This document shows, piece after piece, positions 10,560 through 23,761 of a stretch of DNA of 44,615 bases. Under the pieces are notes generated by a model that saw only the letters and a list, made by a program, of their open reading frames with translations, made no database searches and had not been told where the DNA came from. This stretch comes from Hyphochytrium catenoides. Its lineage: Eukaryota > Protista > Hyphochytriomycota. The number at the start of each line of letters is the position of its first letter. Position 1 is the stretch's first letter. Both the position numbers and the translations under genes were made by a program. The stretch is taken from the NCBI GenBank assembly GCA_900088475.1, contig FLMG01001347.1, positions 1 to 44,615 on the forward strand, given 5' to 3'.

Positions 10560-10915
10560 GCTCGTGGCAGAGGAAGGCGACTGCGCACCATCTGTGCATT
10601 ACTACAGCGTTGCATATGTGTCGATATCCTCTCATAGATTGAGCTAAAGAGAGAAGAGAGAAGAGGAAGAAGACAACTCTCCCCCTCCTCCGCACCACCT
10701 GTCGTGAACAGCTCTAATTCAGTGGCGAAGGGTTTCATAGACTTCCTTCCACTGGAGCTCCACCGACCGACGAAGGTCTCCCAGGCCAGCAGGACGAATC
10801 CTGCTGCCGCACATTCCTCTGCGTAGCGAGCGAGGGAGCTTAAGCCTCATGACCACGGTACTTGTAGTAGTCTAGCTAGCGACGTTAGTAGCCAGCCTGA
10901 AGCGCTGCGTGATGA
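10560..10915 (-). mobile_element. 5'-truncated, decayed 3' end of a CRE-clade/RLE non-LTR retrotransposon ORF
   Basis: The minus strand reads HHAALQAGY...HEA/KL/ARYAEECAAAGFVLLAWETFVGRWSSSGRKSMKPFA...IYERISTHMQRCSNAQMVRSR. This matches the recalled RLE tail pattern E..K..KY...C...G..F.PLA.ETFG.W......LYQR.S..LQRGNA.M..SR. Upstream stops and a frameshift; no PD..D core and no RT. Confidence 0.65.
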
Positions 10916-11016
10916 GGAAAAAAGGAGGAAATTATAAGAGAAAAGGAGGAAGAAGAAAAGGAATAAGGAGCTGACACTTCTGAGGGGATAAAAGGCAATA
11001 AAATAAAAGAGAACCG

Positions 11017-11025
11017 AAAAAAAAA
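11017..11025 (-). terminator. Pol III oligo(T) terminator of tRNA-Val
   Basis: T9 run on the minus strand, 2 nt past the tRNA 3' end. Confidence 0.8.
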
Positions 11026-11027
11026 GT

Positions 11028-11100
11028 TGATCGTGGCCGGTTTCGAACCGGCGACCTCCCCGGTGTGAGCGGGACGTGATAACCACTACACCACACGACC
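11028..11100 (-). tRNA. tRNA-Val (anticodon CAC), intronless
   Basis: Reverse complement is 73 nt: GGTCGTGTGGTGTAGTGGTTATCACGTCCCGCTCACACCGGGGAGGTCGCCGGTTCGAAACCGGCCACGATCA. Acceptor stem GGTCGTG/CACGATC, anticodon loop CT-CAC-AC, T-arm GCCGG-TTCGAAA-CCGGC. Confidence 0.96.
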
Positions 11101-11595
11101 TCTTAAGGTTACAGAGAGGGAACTGCCATAAAATATAAAGTAGCCAATACGGAAACAATATAATTAATGGTTATCATACTTCTATGTTGATTCAGTTCAT
11201 GCCACAGGTAATCAAGGACTTTGAGTCTGTGATCTTTGAGGGATTTACGAAGACAAAAAGCTTCAACAAGAAGCTTCAGAAATTCAGAAATGGAAGCAGC
11301 GGCAACTGAAGATTATTCGAAGCTCCGGACCCTCCGGAATATAGAATAATCTCAGCTATATCCCTATGAGCGAGGTTAGAGCTCTGTGATCTTGTTCTGC
11401 ACGATGCTGGGTGCCTTAGAACGTAGGTTGTTGGGACAGCATGAAGGAAGTGATGCGCAACTGCGTAGTGCTCAGCTCCTCCCGAAGTCGGTAATTCTTG
11501 CAAGATGCACGATTGACTCTATCACGGAGGGCCAGAGGGCGGCGGTCTGAAGTACTCAGAGCTGGAACTTATCATAACCTCTTCCATTGCCTCTC

Positions 11596-11878
11596 ATGAG
11601 CGCTCTCAAGCCACCTAAGCCTTCTTCTCGGCAGCCGCGCTTTACCCGCTTCCGAAGCTCTCAACGGAACCAGCAAGACAAGAGGATATGGAACGATGTC
11701 TTTGCAAACCTTCGATCTCGATCTCGCCAAGGGTAAGCGTAAGTAGGGAAGGAAGACAGACAGAAAGAGAGAGCTGTTCTTTGAGAAGGAGAGAAATGGG
11801 TAGAAAGGCAAAGAGAGCAAAGAGAGAATTGGAGAAGCCTCATCATTAATGGGTAGAAAGATGGCCTTGCCCTTACAA

Positions 11879-11909
<31 letters not shown>

Positions 11910-14900
11910 NNNNNNNNNNNNNNNNNNNNNNNNNNNNNNNNNNNNNNNNNNNNNNNNNCTCTGTCTCTCTCTCTCTCGCTCTCTCTCAATCCGCTCTCTC
12001 AATCCACTCTCTCAATCCACTCTCTTCTATATATATATGTTCTTGGCACGCTCGCCCGCTCCTCTCCATGATTCTCTCTCCTTACCTTGGTGTCTCTCTT
12101 TCTTGTTTACCTGCTCTTTATCGCTCTCTTCCTGCCTTTCCAAACTCCATGTTTCCTGTCCTCCTTTCGCTTTCTTGTTCTCATTTTTCTATTTTTTCTT
12201 TCTCTTCTACCCGCCGTCCTCTTCTTCCGCCTGTCTTCTCTCTCCACTCCTGTTCTCTGTCTTCACTCATGTCGTCTGTCTACTCGCTCTTCCGGATCTC
12301 CCTACTTTCTTCTTGTCCTTTTGCTTTGTCTCGTCGTCATCTCTTTCTCTTCTCCCTCTTCCTCTTACGTGCTGGCTTTCTTTTCCTTCTGTCTCGGTCT
12401 CTCTCTTTCTCTCTCTCTCTGTGTCTCTCTCTCTTCGTCTCTTTCTCTCACTTTTACCTGAAGCTTCGGCCCCGCCCCGCCAGCCGATACGGGAACGTTG
12501 GCAGAAACGTTAAGTACGCTCAAAGGCATCGAACTGCCTAATCCGCTCATAAGACCAGAGGCAAGAAAGGACTCTTTTTACAGCTACTCTCTCTTCGTGA
12601 CCCTTCTCTTCCCCCTCTCTTTCTCGTGGGTTGTCTCTCTTTGTTTTTGCTTTCTCGGTCTGCTATCTCTTTCTCTCTCTCTCCTTCTCCCTTGGTCTCT
12701 TTCGCACTCTATCTGGTCCTCACTCTACTCTCCCTGTTCAGGACGGCTCAGCAATGGTCCTTCTGCTCCTTGAGCACCTGGAAGAAGAGAGAAAGTCTCT
12801 CTCCTTTCTCCCTCCATCGCTAATTGTGGGATTCTCTCTCTTCTTCACCTCTGCCTGCTGTAAAGTCAAGGTTAGTAGGACAGCACTACAGCTAATAGTT
12901 CTTAGAATCTTCTTCGGGTCCAAAAGCTGTTGTACCTCTCTGTCTCTCTCTGTCTCTCTCTCTCTCTCTCTCGCACACACACGCTCCGTCTCTTTCTCTT
13001 ACTCTCTCCAAGATAACGATCATACATCTCTATATATATATGGGTAGATGCTTTTTGAATAAACTCTCCCTACCCTTCTCTGTCTCCGTTCCTACTCTAC
13101 TGGCTGGTTGTCTTTCTCTCTTTCTGTTCTTTCGACTCACTCTGGCCAGACTTTCATTCTCTTCTTTCTGTCTGTCTGTTTCTCTCACTCTCTTTCTTTT
13201 TTCTCCCATCTCTCTTCTTTTTTTTTTAGGTTACGTTCACAACTTCCCAGGTGTTAAGTCTCTACTCGTTCTTTGCCGAGCTTCTCACCATTAATCAGCC
13301 CAAAGATTCAGCCTCCGCCGTTCTCTCGGCTCTACATAGTTTCTCTCTTTCCCATGCGCTGCCGAAAGCCTCGAAGGTGAGAAGAAAAAAGAGAGAGAGG
13401 AGCAGAAAGTCAGACGTGATGAGTAGAAACGGGAGAGGAAGAAAGAAGAGTTGCAAGGACAGTAATTGAGCGAGGAAGAAACAGACAGGATTAGAGAAAA
13501 GAATGAGAGAGAGAAAGAAAAAGAAAGTGGACGGAAGAACAAACCAGGAGGCCTTAAGAATATCGAGGCAAGTGAGAGAGAACAAGCTGACAAAGTCTCT
13601 CTGAAATCTTAAGTCTTTCTTTCCCCTCTTCAGGTCTCGGAAGCAGTGTGGACATCACTGCTGCCTCACATAGGAGAAGAGGAGGAAGAGAGTGTTCGTA
13701 AATGCAAAGCCATGGCTTGTTTGTCTGGCTTTCTTCGGCACCCGCATCTTTCTCTCCCTCTGTCTCTTATTCACACGCTCTTCCATAATATATGCGGCAC
13801 CATCACTAGGTCTGTTCAGGTTCAGAAGGAAGGGTTTGCTCCAAGAGGAGGACCTTTGTCTGTCATTGTACGTCCCACCCCCTCTCTCTTTCTCTCTCAA
13901 TCAGAACTCTTATGACGCTTTCTTTATTTTTCTCTCGGTCCTCTTCTTCGTCTCTGTCTTACTTTGTCGTTTGTATCTCTCAGTTCAGCTCTTTCTCTCT
14001 CCTCTCGCGCGCGTTCTCTTACGTTCTCTTTCTTTCACAGTCTCACTCTTTATTTCTCTCTCTTGCTCGCGCCTTCGAGTGTTTTCTGCTCCTTAGACTC
14101 GTTCTCTCTTTTCCTCTCTCTCCTCCTCCATGAATTTATCAATTTTCCCTCTGCGCCTTGTCCTTTATATCTCTCTCTCTTCGTCGCTCTTTACTCCAGA
14201 CGACCTCGCTATGCTTGTTCTTCCCATCTCTTTCACTTTCTCCGGCTCTCTCTTCCTTCCTCTCTCCTTCCTCTTACGACCCTTTTTGGCCTCTTCTTCC
14301 CACCCCAACCCCAAAAACGTTCTCTCTCTCTTGTTTCTATTGCTGCCTCTCTCCTCTGCTCTCTCTCTCTCTATCCCATTTCAGGTCTTGATCAACTCTT
14401 TCCGAGCCTTATCCAGTCTTTCAACACAAATTGTTGAGGAAAACAAAAACAATTCTTCACGGACGGTGGAGCTCTTCCCAGGTCTGGATCTTCTGCAGAT
14501 CCTGAAGATTTCTTATGGACTTTTAGGCCTCCAGGAAATCCCAGACGGTCTCTCTTTCTCCCTCTCTCCTTACGAGCTTGCCGAGACGTTAGAGCTCGAT
14601 GAAGGAGATCAGGAGGAAGAGAGAAGGGGAACAGGAGATGAGAACATCGGGTACGGTGCGCATCATGAGAAGAATAAGGGGGAGAGAGTGAGAGAGAGAG
14701 AGAGAGAGCTCTGCTGTGTCCAAATAATCTGTTTTTTTTTATTCTCTGTTTGGCTTCACTCTTTCGTTCTCTCTCTCTTCTCCCTTTTTCTTCTTCCTCT
14801 TCTTTCAACACACAAATGTGTTTCTCCTTTCTACTCCTAGCGGCCGCTGCCTCTGATGAGTCTTGGTTATAGAAGAGGTCTTTGGTCTTTCGCGATTGCT

Positions 14901-14989
14901 CCAACATTTCTTTCTTCGCTCTTTAACCTTCTTTCTTCTTTTCCGAGTGCTGTATCCTGACTCCTCGCGCTATTCTCCCACTTGTTTCA

Positions 14990-15027
<38 letters not shown>

Positions 15028-15515
15028 CCTCTCTCTTTCTCTCTCTCCCTCTCTCTCTCTCTTTGTCTTTCTTCTTTTATTTTCTTTCTTGCTCTCTCTA
15101 TTTCTCCCTTTGCCCAACCCATATGCTGGCCTCAGCGTGGCTGCTCGTCTTCGTTCCGCGTCTTTATTGGGCCTCCAAGCAATAACAAGGCTCGCCCCCC
15201 AACTAGTCCAGCAGCAATGGCATCTTCTCTTTCCAGAAGGAGAGAACGACTCTCTCCATTTCTCTTCTCGCCCAAGTCACTCTCCTTCTCTCCCTCTGTC
15301 TTCTTCCAAGCTCTTTTTCGCCGCGCTTTCGGATCCATCCCCAGCGGTCCGAGGCGGCGCCATTCTCACTCTGTCTTTCCTAGCAGAAAGCACTCCGTTT
15401 AAACGTCTTGTGCCACAGGGAGAAAGGTGAGAGAGGCAGAGAGAGAGAGAGAGTGAGAAAGAAGACGAGAGGGTGAGTTGGCTCATAAAGACAATAGAGA
15501 TATAGAAAGGAGAGG

Positions 15516-15562
<47 letters not shown>

Positions 15563-18500
15563 TAAGCGAAGAGACTCGGTGAAACAGACAGAGGTGGGAT
15601 ATATGTCTCCTCTATCTCAGATGCTGTTCCTTCCCCTCCTTTCTCTTCTCCCGTTTCTGTCTCTCGGTCTCTTTCTGTGGTTCCCTTTCTTTTGCCAAGC
15701 AGATCCATGTCGTCTTCCCTTCGTTCATTCACTGCACGGAGTGAGCGCTCCGTGTCTCTACTCTTGCAGCTCCATCGGTTGGTAGCAATGGGGCTGAAGA
15801 AAGAGAAGAACAACAAGCTTCTGACCCACTGGCTGAAGGTATGTACCTTGTTGAAAAGGGAGACAAGAAAATGGAATGAGACGAGAGAGGGGGAGAGGAG
15901 AGAGTGGCTCGTCAAAGTCACGGATGCTCGTCTTGACCTTTGGATAGTTCTTTCTCTCTCTTTCCAATGTCCCCCACCTTTCGACGTCTTCTCCTTCTCT
16001 CTTGTCTCTTTTCCCTATCTCTTTCTGCTCCTCAACTTTCTCTCTCTCTCTCTCTTCTCTCTCTCTTACTACCTTTCTCTCCGACTCAATTCAAAAAGTG
16101 CGAACTTCATGGGATTTCCCCTTTCTGTGACTTTCGTTTTGACTACGTACTCGCCTTCTCTGACTCTCCTCTCTTTCTCTGTCTCCCTCTCTCTCTCTCT
16201 TTCTCTCTCTCTCTCTTTTTCTCTTTCTCACATCCTGCCTTTCTCCTCTCTCTCTTCTTCTTTGTCTCCCTTCCCTTATCATGTAGCTGTGCAGCTCATT
16301 ATTCCGTAGCTGTCCCTATGGGAATGTCCCACGGTTGGGCCAGGAGAAGCTCCTCACGGACATTCTTTCCACACTTCTTGCAATTCTACCAAGAGCAGGT
16401 AGCTAACTCCCTTTCTCTACGCCTTCTTTTTCCTTAGGCGCTTCTGTCTTCCTTCTTCTTCTCCCTCACTTTCTCCTTTTGTCTCTCTCTCTTGGTTGTG
16501 TCTCCCTTATCCTCGCTCTGTCTCTCTCTTCATGACTCAATGGACTCTCTTTCCAAAGATAGCGTTCGGCCTATCTTCTCGTTATTTTTTCCACTTTTGT
16601 CATATGTTCCTTTAGGTTGAGACGTAACAATTGCCTTTGCTATTACTTACCGTTCTTTCTTTCTTTCTCTCTCTCTCTCTGGGGCCCTCTTGTATTTTCC
16701 TTTCTCTCGCGCTCTCTCGTTCTGTCTCCCTCGTCCTCTCTCGTCTCTCTCTCTCTGTTGACTCCCGTTTCCTCGCTGTTTCTCTGTCTTTATCTCTTTG
16801 CCTTTCTTACTCGTTCTCCTTTCATTTTGTTGACTCTCTATGTATCTGCCTTGGCTTGCCTTTCCTATCTTTTCCCTGGCCCTTCCCCTCCTTTCTCTCT
16901 CTCTTTCTCCCTCTCTCTTTCTTTTTCTTGCTCTCGCTTTCTCTCTCTTCTCTTTCTCTCTCTCTCGCTACAGATCCTCCGACACGCTCTTCCTCTGTCT
17001 CTTGTCTTTCGTGTGCTCTCTCCTCCTCCTCTCCTGAGGTCTCCCCGCTCCTCCTTTCTTCCCTCTCTCTGGAGCGTGCTAGCGAGGAAGAGAGCGAGAA
17101 AGAACGAAAGAGCGTGAAGTACATCCCTCCGCATCTTCGAGGATCAAAGACCCCAGTCAAGCGGAAAGAGAAACATAAAGGGGGCCAAGGAGAAAGAAAG
17201 AGAGAGAACTCTTCTCCTACCGTTCTTGAGTCTTTCTTGCTTCTGTGTCATAGAGAGAGAAGTGCGAGTCAGAAATTAGACGGGCTTACGCTCCTTTCTA
17301 AGGTGGCCAAACATCATCCAGAGCAACTTGGGTGAGATGTCCACAATTCTCCCTTTCCCTCTCTCTTTCTCTGTCTTCTTCTCTCTCTCTCTTGTCCTGT
17401 TTTCACTGTTCTTCATCCCGTACCTTTCCGTAGGAATGGCAAAGTGTCTTCTCTTTCGAGAAGAAGATCCTCTTCTATACTATGCAAACAAGTGTAGTCC
17501 ATTCATATCTCTTTCTCTTCTTTCCCCCTCCCTTCTCTCGTGCTGTTTTCCTCCCTGTACCCCACACCTTTCTTTAACGTCTATCTCTCCAAACTCACTC
17601 CGTTCCTCTTTCCGTCTCTCTCTCTCTCNNNNNNNNNNNNNNNNNNNNNNNNNNNNNNNNNNNNNNNNNNNNNNNNNNNNNNNNNCTCTCTCTCTCTCTC
17701 TCTCTCTTCTCCTTCTTCCGAATTCATTCCCAGGTTATTCTGGCATCAGTTCTTTTCCTGTCTGACAGAGTGCTTTACGGATCCCGAGCCGCAGGTCCGA
17801 CTGGCAGCCGTGAAGCTGACGAGCGTCCTGGACCACTCAGTGATGAACAGAAAAGGGGAAGAGAGAGAAAGAGAGAAGAGAGATGGAGGGACAAGCCAAC
17901 CTTCTCTCTTCTCTTCGACTTGGCTCTCCATCTTCACTCTGCATCTCCCTAGGGCTTTTCGGGACATCTCTCCTCTAGTACGGGCAGCCGTCTGCGGCAG
18001 CTTTACTGTTCTAGGGGAGGAAGACTGGAACGCAATGCAGACAAGAGAGAGAGAAAGCCTGTTCTCACTCTTCCTTCTTACGACAGAAGACGAGTCTCAC
18101 ACAGTCAAAGCGGCAGCGTGTCGCCTGCTGGGAGTAGTCTCTTGTTTCTCGCTTCAGAAGGTTAGTTGAAGCTTTCTCCCTTCATTTCCTTTTCTCTCCT
18201 TCTCTGTCTTTCTGTGTATCTCTCTCCCTTGTCTCCCTCTCGTTGTCTCTTTCTGTTCTTAATCTCCTTCTCATGCTTTGCTCTTGGTCGTTGCTCTCTC
18301 TCGTCCCCTCCTGTTAATACACCGGCGTTTTTACCCTAGATTGTTGCTCTCTCTCCTCCCCTCCTGTTAATACACCGGCGTTTTTACCATAGATTGCCAC
18401 TGTCTGTGGTACAATTGTCTCGTCTCTCTCTTACAGTTCCCCAGGCGTCCTATCTCTCTCTTCTATCTCGCTCTAGCTGTCTGTTGTCTCTCTCTGCACT

Positions 18501-20682
18501 CTATCTTCAAATTGCCAGCTCACTTTCTCTTTCTCTCTTACCTCTCTCCTCTGCTGACACCGTCTTCTTCTCTTCGTCTCGTCCTCGACTCTCTCATGCT
18601 TCTTTATCGTTTCCGTGCCTTTGACCGCTCATCTTTCTCTTTTACTCAATCACTCTGTCTCTTTCTCTCTTTCTCTCTGGTTCCTAGAGATTTCGCTGTA
18701 TCGATCGCGTGGTTCCTCCTCTGCTTCTGTGTCTGGAAGATCCCTCCCAAATGGCTGTCAACACTCGCATCCGCGCCTCCTGGGCCATCAGTAACGTCTA
18801 TAAAGAGATACCACAGGAAGAGCTACAATGGTATTCTCTCTCTTCTCTCTCTCTTCTTTGAGTATCTCTCTGTGTGTCCGCCTCTCTTTCTCTCTCTCTC
18901 TCTATATATATATAGCTCCCCATCTCTGTCTTCTTCTTCACTCTCTCCTCTCGCTCGCTAATGTCACTCCAGCTGTCCTCTGTCTTCCTCTTTCGTCTCT
19001 TCTCTCCTGCTCTCTATCTGTCGCACTTATCTAGCTCACTTGCTTCCCTTTCTCTCCTTGGCTTCTTTTCCTTTCTTCTTCTTTGACCTCTCTCTCTCGC
19101 TTTTTTGTAGCAGTTTCTCTAGCTCCCTAGCTTTCTTTCTCTCTCTCACCTTCTTTTCTCTTTGTTCTTTAACTCCTGTCCTATTTACCTTTTTTCTTGC
19201 TACTATGGCTTTCTTTTCTTCTTCTCTCTCCGTCTCTATGTTTGTGCGTTGTGTTCCATTTATTTTCTGTATACCTCTCCAAGACTCTCTCTCATATGTC
19301 CTGTCTCTCACTCTCTCTCTCCTTTTTTCCCTGCAGTATGACTGATGATTCGGTTCAGATATTGCGGAGTGCCATGTCATCTCTTCTCTTTCTCTTGGAA
19401 GAGGAGAATGACAGGCTCACATGCAACGCTTTGCGCTCTTTCGGCTGGATGACCACTCACTTTCTCTCCTATCTCTCTAAAGACTCGCAGAGCGTGGCAG
19501 GAGAGAGGAGAGAAGAAAAAGATAAGGAAAGAAGAGAGAGAGAGAAAGAAGATAACGCCCTAGTGTCCACCGTGATATCTGCAGTTACTGAGAGAATCGT
19601 CAATGGAGTGCCTAAGGTATGGTCGCACTCTCTCTATCGCTATCTCCTTTTTTCCTCTCTATCGCTATATCTTTTTTCTCTCTCTTCCATTCTCTCTCCT
19701 TTTCTCTACCATTTTACTCTCGTTCTCACTCTTCTTCCCTCTTTTTCTTGACTTTTCGCTTTTATTCCCCTGTTCCGCCGCCTCTAATATCTCTTTCTGT
19801 TTCTCTTTACTTCCCTATGTCTCTATCTGTCTTGCCGACTCTCTTTCGTTCTCCAATCTTCTCTTGTCTGGGATTTTCAGAGCTATTGTCTCCTTGGCTC
19901 ATGAGAGTATGGCCCGACTTATATCGGATCTTTTCTCTTCCCCTTTGTCTCTCTATATGTCCGTCTTTCTCTCCCTTACAACCTCTCGCTCTCTCTCCAT
20001 AGGTTCGATGGAATGCTTGTTCCTCGGTGGCACGAATGATGTCTCTCTCTCTCCCTTCCTCTTCTCTCTTCCCTCTCAATCTCTACTTTGGTCCTTCCCT
20101 TTTCTACTCTCTCTCTCTCGCTATCCGAGACTCCCCAAACCTCAAGGTTAAGATCCAGGCGGCCATTGCAGTGCGCGTCCCTTCCTCTCGCTCTCTCTTC
20201 TCTTCTTCTCTTTCTCCTCTCCTCGAAGCCCTGGCCCAGGCCCTGGAGAGAGGAGGAGAGAGTATTAGAGATTTCTATGAGTTCAGGTATCATGGCGTGC
20301 TGGAGAAACAGGTATAAAGAAGAGAAAGAGAGAGAGAGAGAAAGAGCACTGAAGAAAACAGATGATTCTCCTCTCTAGCCCGTTGTCATTCTACCTATGC
20401 CGTTATGTTTTTGCTCTTCGTTGCTTTCCATTCTCTCTCTCTTTTTCGGCTTCATTCTGAACGCGTTCTGTCATGTTCCTCCATCAGGCTATCTATCTCT
20501 CTGTCGGTAGTACCACTGTTTTTGTCTCTCTCACTTCTAAACTTGATCCTCCCTCTTTCTAATAACTTCTTTCTTGTCTCTCTTCTCTCCACCTCTAACT
20601 CTCTGCCTATCCCGTATACTCACTCTTTCTGCCTTCTCCTCTCGCTCGAAATATCTCTCTCCTTCTCTCTCCCTCTTTTCCT

Positions 20683-20717
<35 letters not shown>

Positions 20718-20918
20718 CTCCCTCTCTCTCCCTCTTTTCCTAGTTGCTGTTGTCTCTTGTGAAGCTTCTCTCTCTCTCCATTGAGGAGGACGAAGAAGAA
20801 GTTCGAGGAGTTCTCTGGCCGCACGTGAAGGACCAGCGCCTCTCACAGTGGATTGACCGCTACGAACAGATGGTGAATAACAGCTCCTGCTCTCTTATCT
20901 TTCTCTCTCCTCTCCTCT

Positions 20919-20971
<53 letters not shown>

Positions 20972-21413
20972 TCTCTCCCTCTCCCTTGCTCTTGTGCTAT
21001 TTCTCTCTTCTGTCCACTCCCCCAATCACTTCTAAGTCTATATTTCGCCTGGCCATTGTCGCTCAAGTAGCTCTTCTTCTCTTATAGCGTTTACGTCCTG
21101 TGCCCTTCTAAGCTCTCTCTCTCTGTTTCTCCCTGCATATCTCTCTTTCTCTTGTATCTAGTCGACTGCCGCCTCTTTCTTTCCGTTACCTACCTCGTCT
21201 GCATCTCCCTCTATGAAAGAGAAAGAAAGGAAAGAAGAGGAAGAGGAAAATCAAGCGCTAGACTTGGAGTCTGTCTCCTTCATTATTGACGCCGAGGAGC
21301 TGAGAGAGAAACTGAGAAGGTTTGGTCTTCCTCTCAGCAGGGGAAGAGATAGAGATAGAGAAAGTCCTTTCTTCGGAGAGACGCGACTAGAAGGGGAAGA
21401 GGAAGAGCTTTAG
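11596..21413 (+). CDS. HEATR6: HEAT repeat-containing protein 6-like (DUF4042), about 16 exons
   Basis: Phase-consistent exons: 11596-11732, 12464-12560, 12742-12870, 13230-13376, 13634-13867, 14385-14650, 15136-15426, 15703-15838, 16287-16398, 16974-17331, 17734-18160, 18688-18830, 19337-19616, 20003-20311, 20744-20872, 21162-21413. HEATR6-like motifs: DPSPAVRGGA, SFTARSERSVSLLLQLH, RIRASWAISN, KVRWNAC, NLKVKIQAAIAVRVP, DFYEFRY. Terminal exons are less certain. Confidence 0.85.
18290..18395. repeat. 53-bp intronic tandem duplication
   Basis: GTTGCTCTCTCTC(G/C)TCCCCTCCTGTTAATACACCGGCGTTTTTACC(C/A)TAGATT occurs twice with 2 mismatches. Confidence 0.9.
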
Positions 21414-21657
21414 AAGGGGAAGAGGAAGAGCTTTAGAGGCATGAAGCAGTCCTCTCGTGCTTTTTTGTATCGCAATCCTTCAACATCTTCTCTTTCTCTC
21501 ACAAACTCTCTCTCTCCCTCTCTCTCTTTTATCTCCCTCTAAAAAGACAAAATATGCTTTTCTTTGTTTGCCTATTCACTCTCTTTTCTCTCCTGACCTC
21601 GCTTCCTCTACCTTTTTCCCTGCTCGCTGACCTCCTCTCTCTCTCTCTCTCCACCCA

Positions 21658-21694
<37 letters not shown>

Positions 21695-22390
21695 CTCTCC
21701 CTCGCGCGCTCTCTCTCTCTCTCTTTGTCTTCTTCAAGCCGTTTGCCATACTTCACCTATATCTTCTTTGTCTTCAATGCTCTCTCAACGTCCTGAATCT
21801 CTTTTATTTTTGTTCTGTTCAGGTCGTGCTCAGTGTTCAGTTATCAGAAACCAAATATTTATTTCGTCCCAGTTCTTCCGTCCTCTCCGTGTGTCCTATG
21901 TGCGTCTCTCTCTCTCTTTGCTTGTCTCTCTGCGTGTGTATGTTCTTCTCTTCTTTTCCTTTATCTCCCACCTGTTCCTTTCCTCTCTCCCTCTCTCTGT
22001 TCTATCGTTTGTCTCTCTCTCTCGCCCTTGCCTGGCCGCCCATCCTGTCTCTCTTCCTTCTTTCCCTTTACAAGCAACCTCTCTCTCTCTCTCTCTTTGC
22101 CTGGGTGCTATTGATTCTGAAAGTTCATATCCTTTAACTGCCTAAAGGACGTCAGCGTTAAGAGTAAAGAAAGCGAGAGAGGGAGAGAGAGACGGCGTAC
22201 AGAGAAAGAGAGAAAGAGGTATAAAAAGAAAGGGAAAGAGAGAGACCAACATTTGGTGAAAGTGAAAAGAAACAATTAGAGAGCAGAAGCTTCGATATAA
22301 ATGTCTTTCTAGGTGTATACTGTAGATCTACGGAATAAATAAACTTGGTGGCGAAAACATGCAAGGCCATCTTCAGCTATGCCTCTCACA

Positions 22391-22432
<42 letters not shown>

Positions 22433-22806
22433 TTTTCTTCTTTCTTACATGACTTCAGTCTCTCTTGCTCTACAGGCTCTCCCTCTCTCTTACCCCAAAT
22501 CCTCCTGCCATTTATCTTCAGGTAGGCTTGCGTGCACAACCGGGCGGAAAAGAGGGAACAGAAGGAAAAAGCGTGCCTTCATCTCTTTTCGTTTTCTCCT
22601 TTTGCAACAATGGGAGAGAGAGAGAGAGAGAGAGAAATATCTCCGAACAGAGAGAGGGATATAAAGCTCTTCCTCTCTCTTTGGCTTTCAGCGTGTCAGA
22701 AGCATCAATGCTCAACTTCCAGAAAGACTCTCTAACGATGAGCAAGAGAGAGAGAAAAGAGGGGACAGAGAGAGAGACGAAGAGAGAGAAAAGTTATCTC
22801 TCTCTC

Positions 22807-23700
22807 TCACATGATGGCACACTTGTTGATGGTTGGCAGGTTTGCTCCCATAATAATTCTCTCAATCTTTGAGATCTCAGCCCTCCAGCCGTTCTGAGTC
22901 GTGAAGATGATCTCAGTCATCTTCAAATCGGGAGAGAAAGTCACACGACCAGAGATATTTCCTTCCAGCCGACGACCCTGAGGGAGAGAGGAGAGAGAGA
23001 GAGAGAGAGAGAAAGCGTGAGGGAGCATTCAAATAAGGGAAGCGACAGAGTACTTTTCTTTCTCAGTCTCTCATCTTTCCACTTTTTTACTCTTGTAAGC
23101 GGCAGCAATCTCGGAAGGCCCCATGTAGTTCTTTCTCTCCCTCTTCTTTCTCTCTCTCTCTCTTTCTCTCTTTATTTCTCTCTCTCTTTCTCTTACCGTT
23201 CCTGGCAGCCCTAATAAATATCCCGAGTGAGTTCCAGCCACACTGCTATGGGCCCGGATCTAAGGGACAGAAAGAGAGAGCGTCAGTAAAAGACAAGAGG
23301 GAGAGAGAGAAAATGAGAGAGAGTAACAACGATATAGGAGAGGTAGGAAAGGAGAAAAAACGTATGTCGAGAAAGGAAGAAAGAAGTGAAGTAGAGGGAG
23401 AGAGAGAGAGGGAGAGGGAGAGAACAAAGAGAAAGAGAGAAGAAGAAGAAAAAGGAAGACACAGAATGGAGGAGTCAAATGTGAAAGCGAGAGAGGAAAA
23501 AACAATGAGAGGGATCAAAACCAAGAACGCCCAGAAGGAAGAAAGAGTGAAGGAGAGGGAGAGAGAGCGACTGAGCCAGAGAGAGAGAAAGACAGAGAGA
23601 AAAGGAGGAAAGAGAGCGACAGAGCCAGAGAGCGACAGAGCCAGAGAGCGAGAAAGACCGAGAGAAAAGAAGGAGGGGAGAGAGAGAGAGAGAGAGAGAG

Positions 23701-23761
<61 letters not shown>

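Noticed and set aside
11200-11570. Coding-like non-repetitive stretch between the tRNA and HEATR6
   Set aside because: Only short frames with no motif; probably promoter or intergenic DNA.
14841-14880. Extra HEATR6 exon
   Set aside because: The required phase hits a stop, and the flanking exons join in frame without it.
21388-21436. 23-bp duplication at the HEATR6 stop codon as a target-site duplication
   Set aside because: The copies are adjacent with no inserted element; simple slippage.
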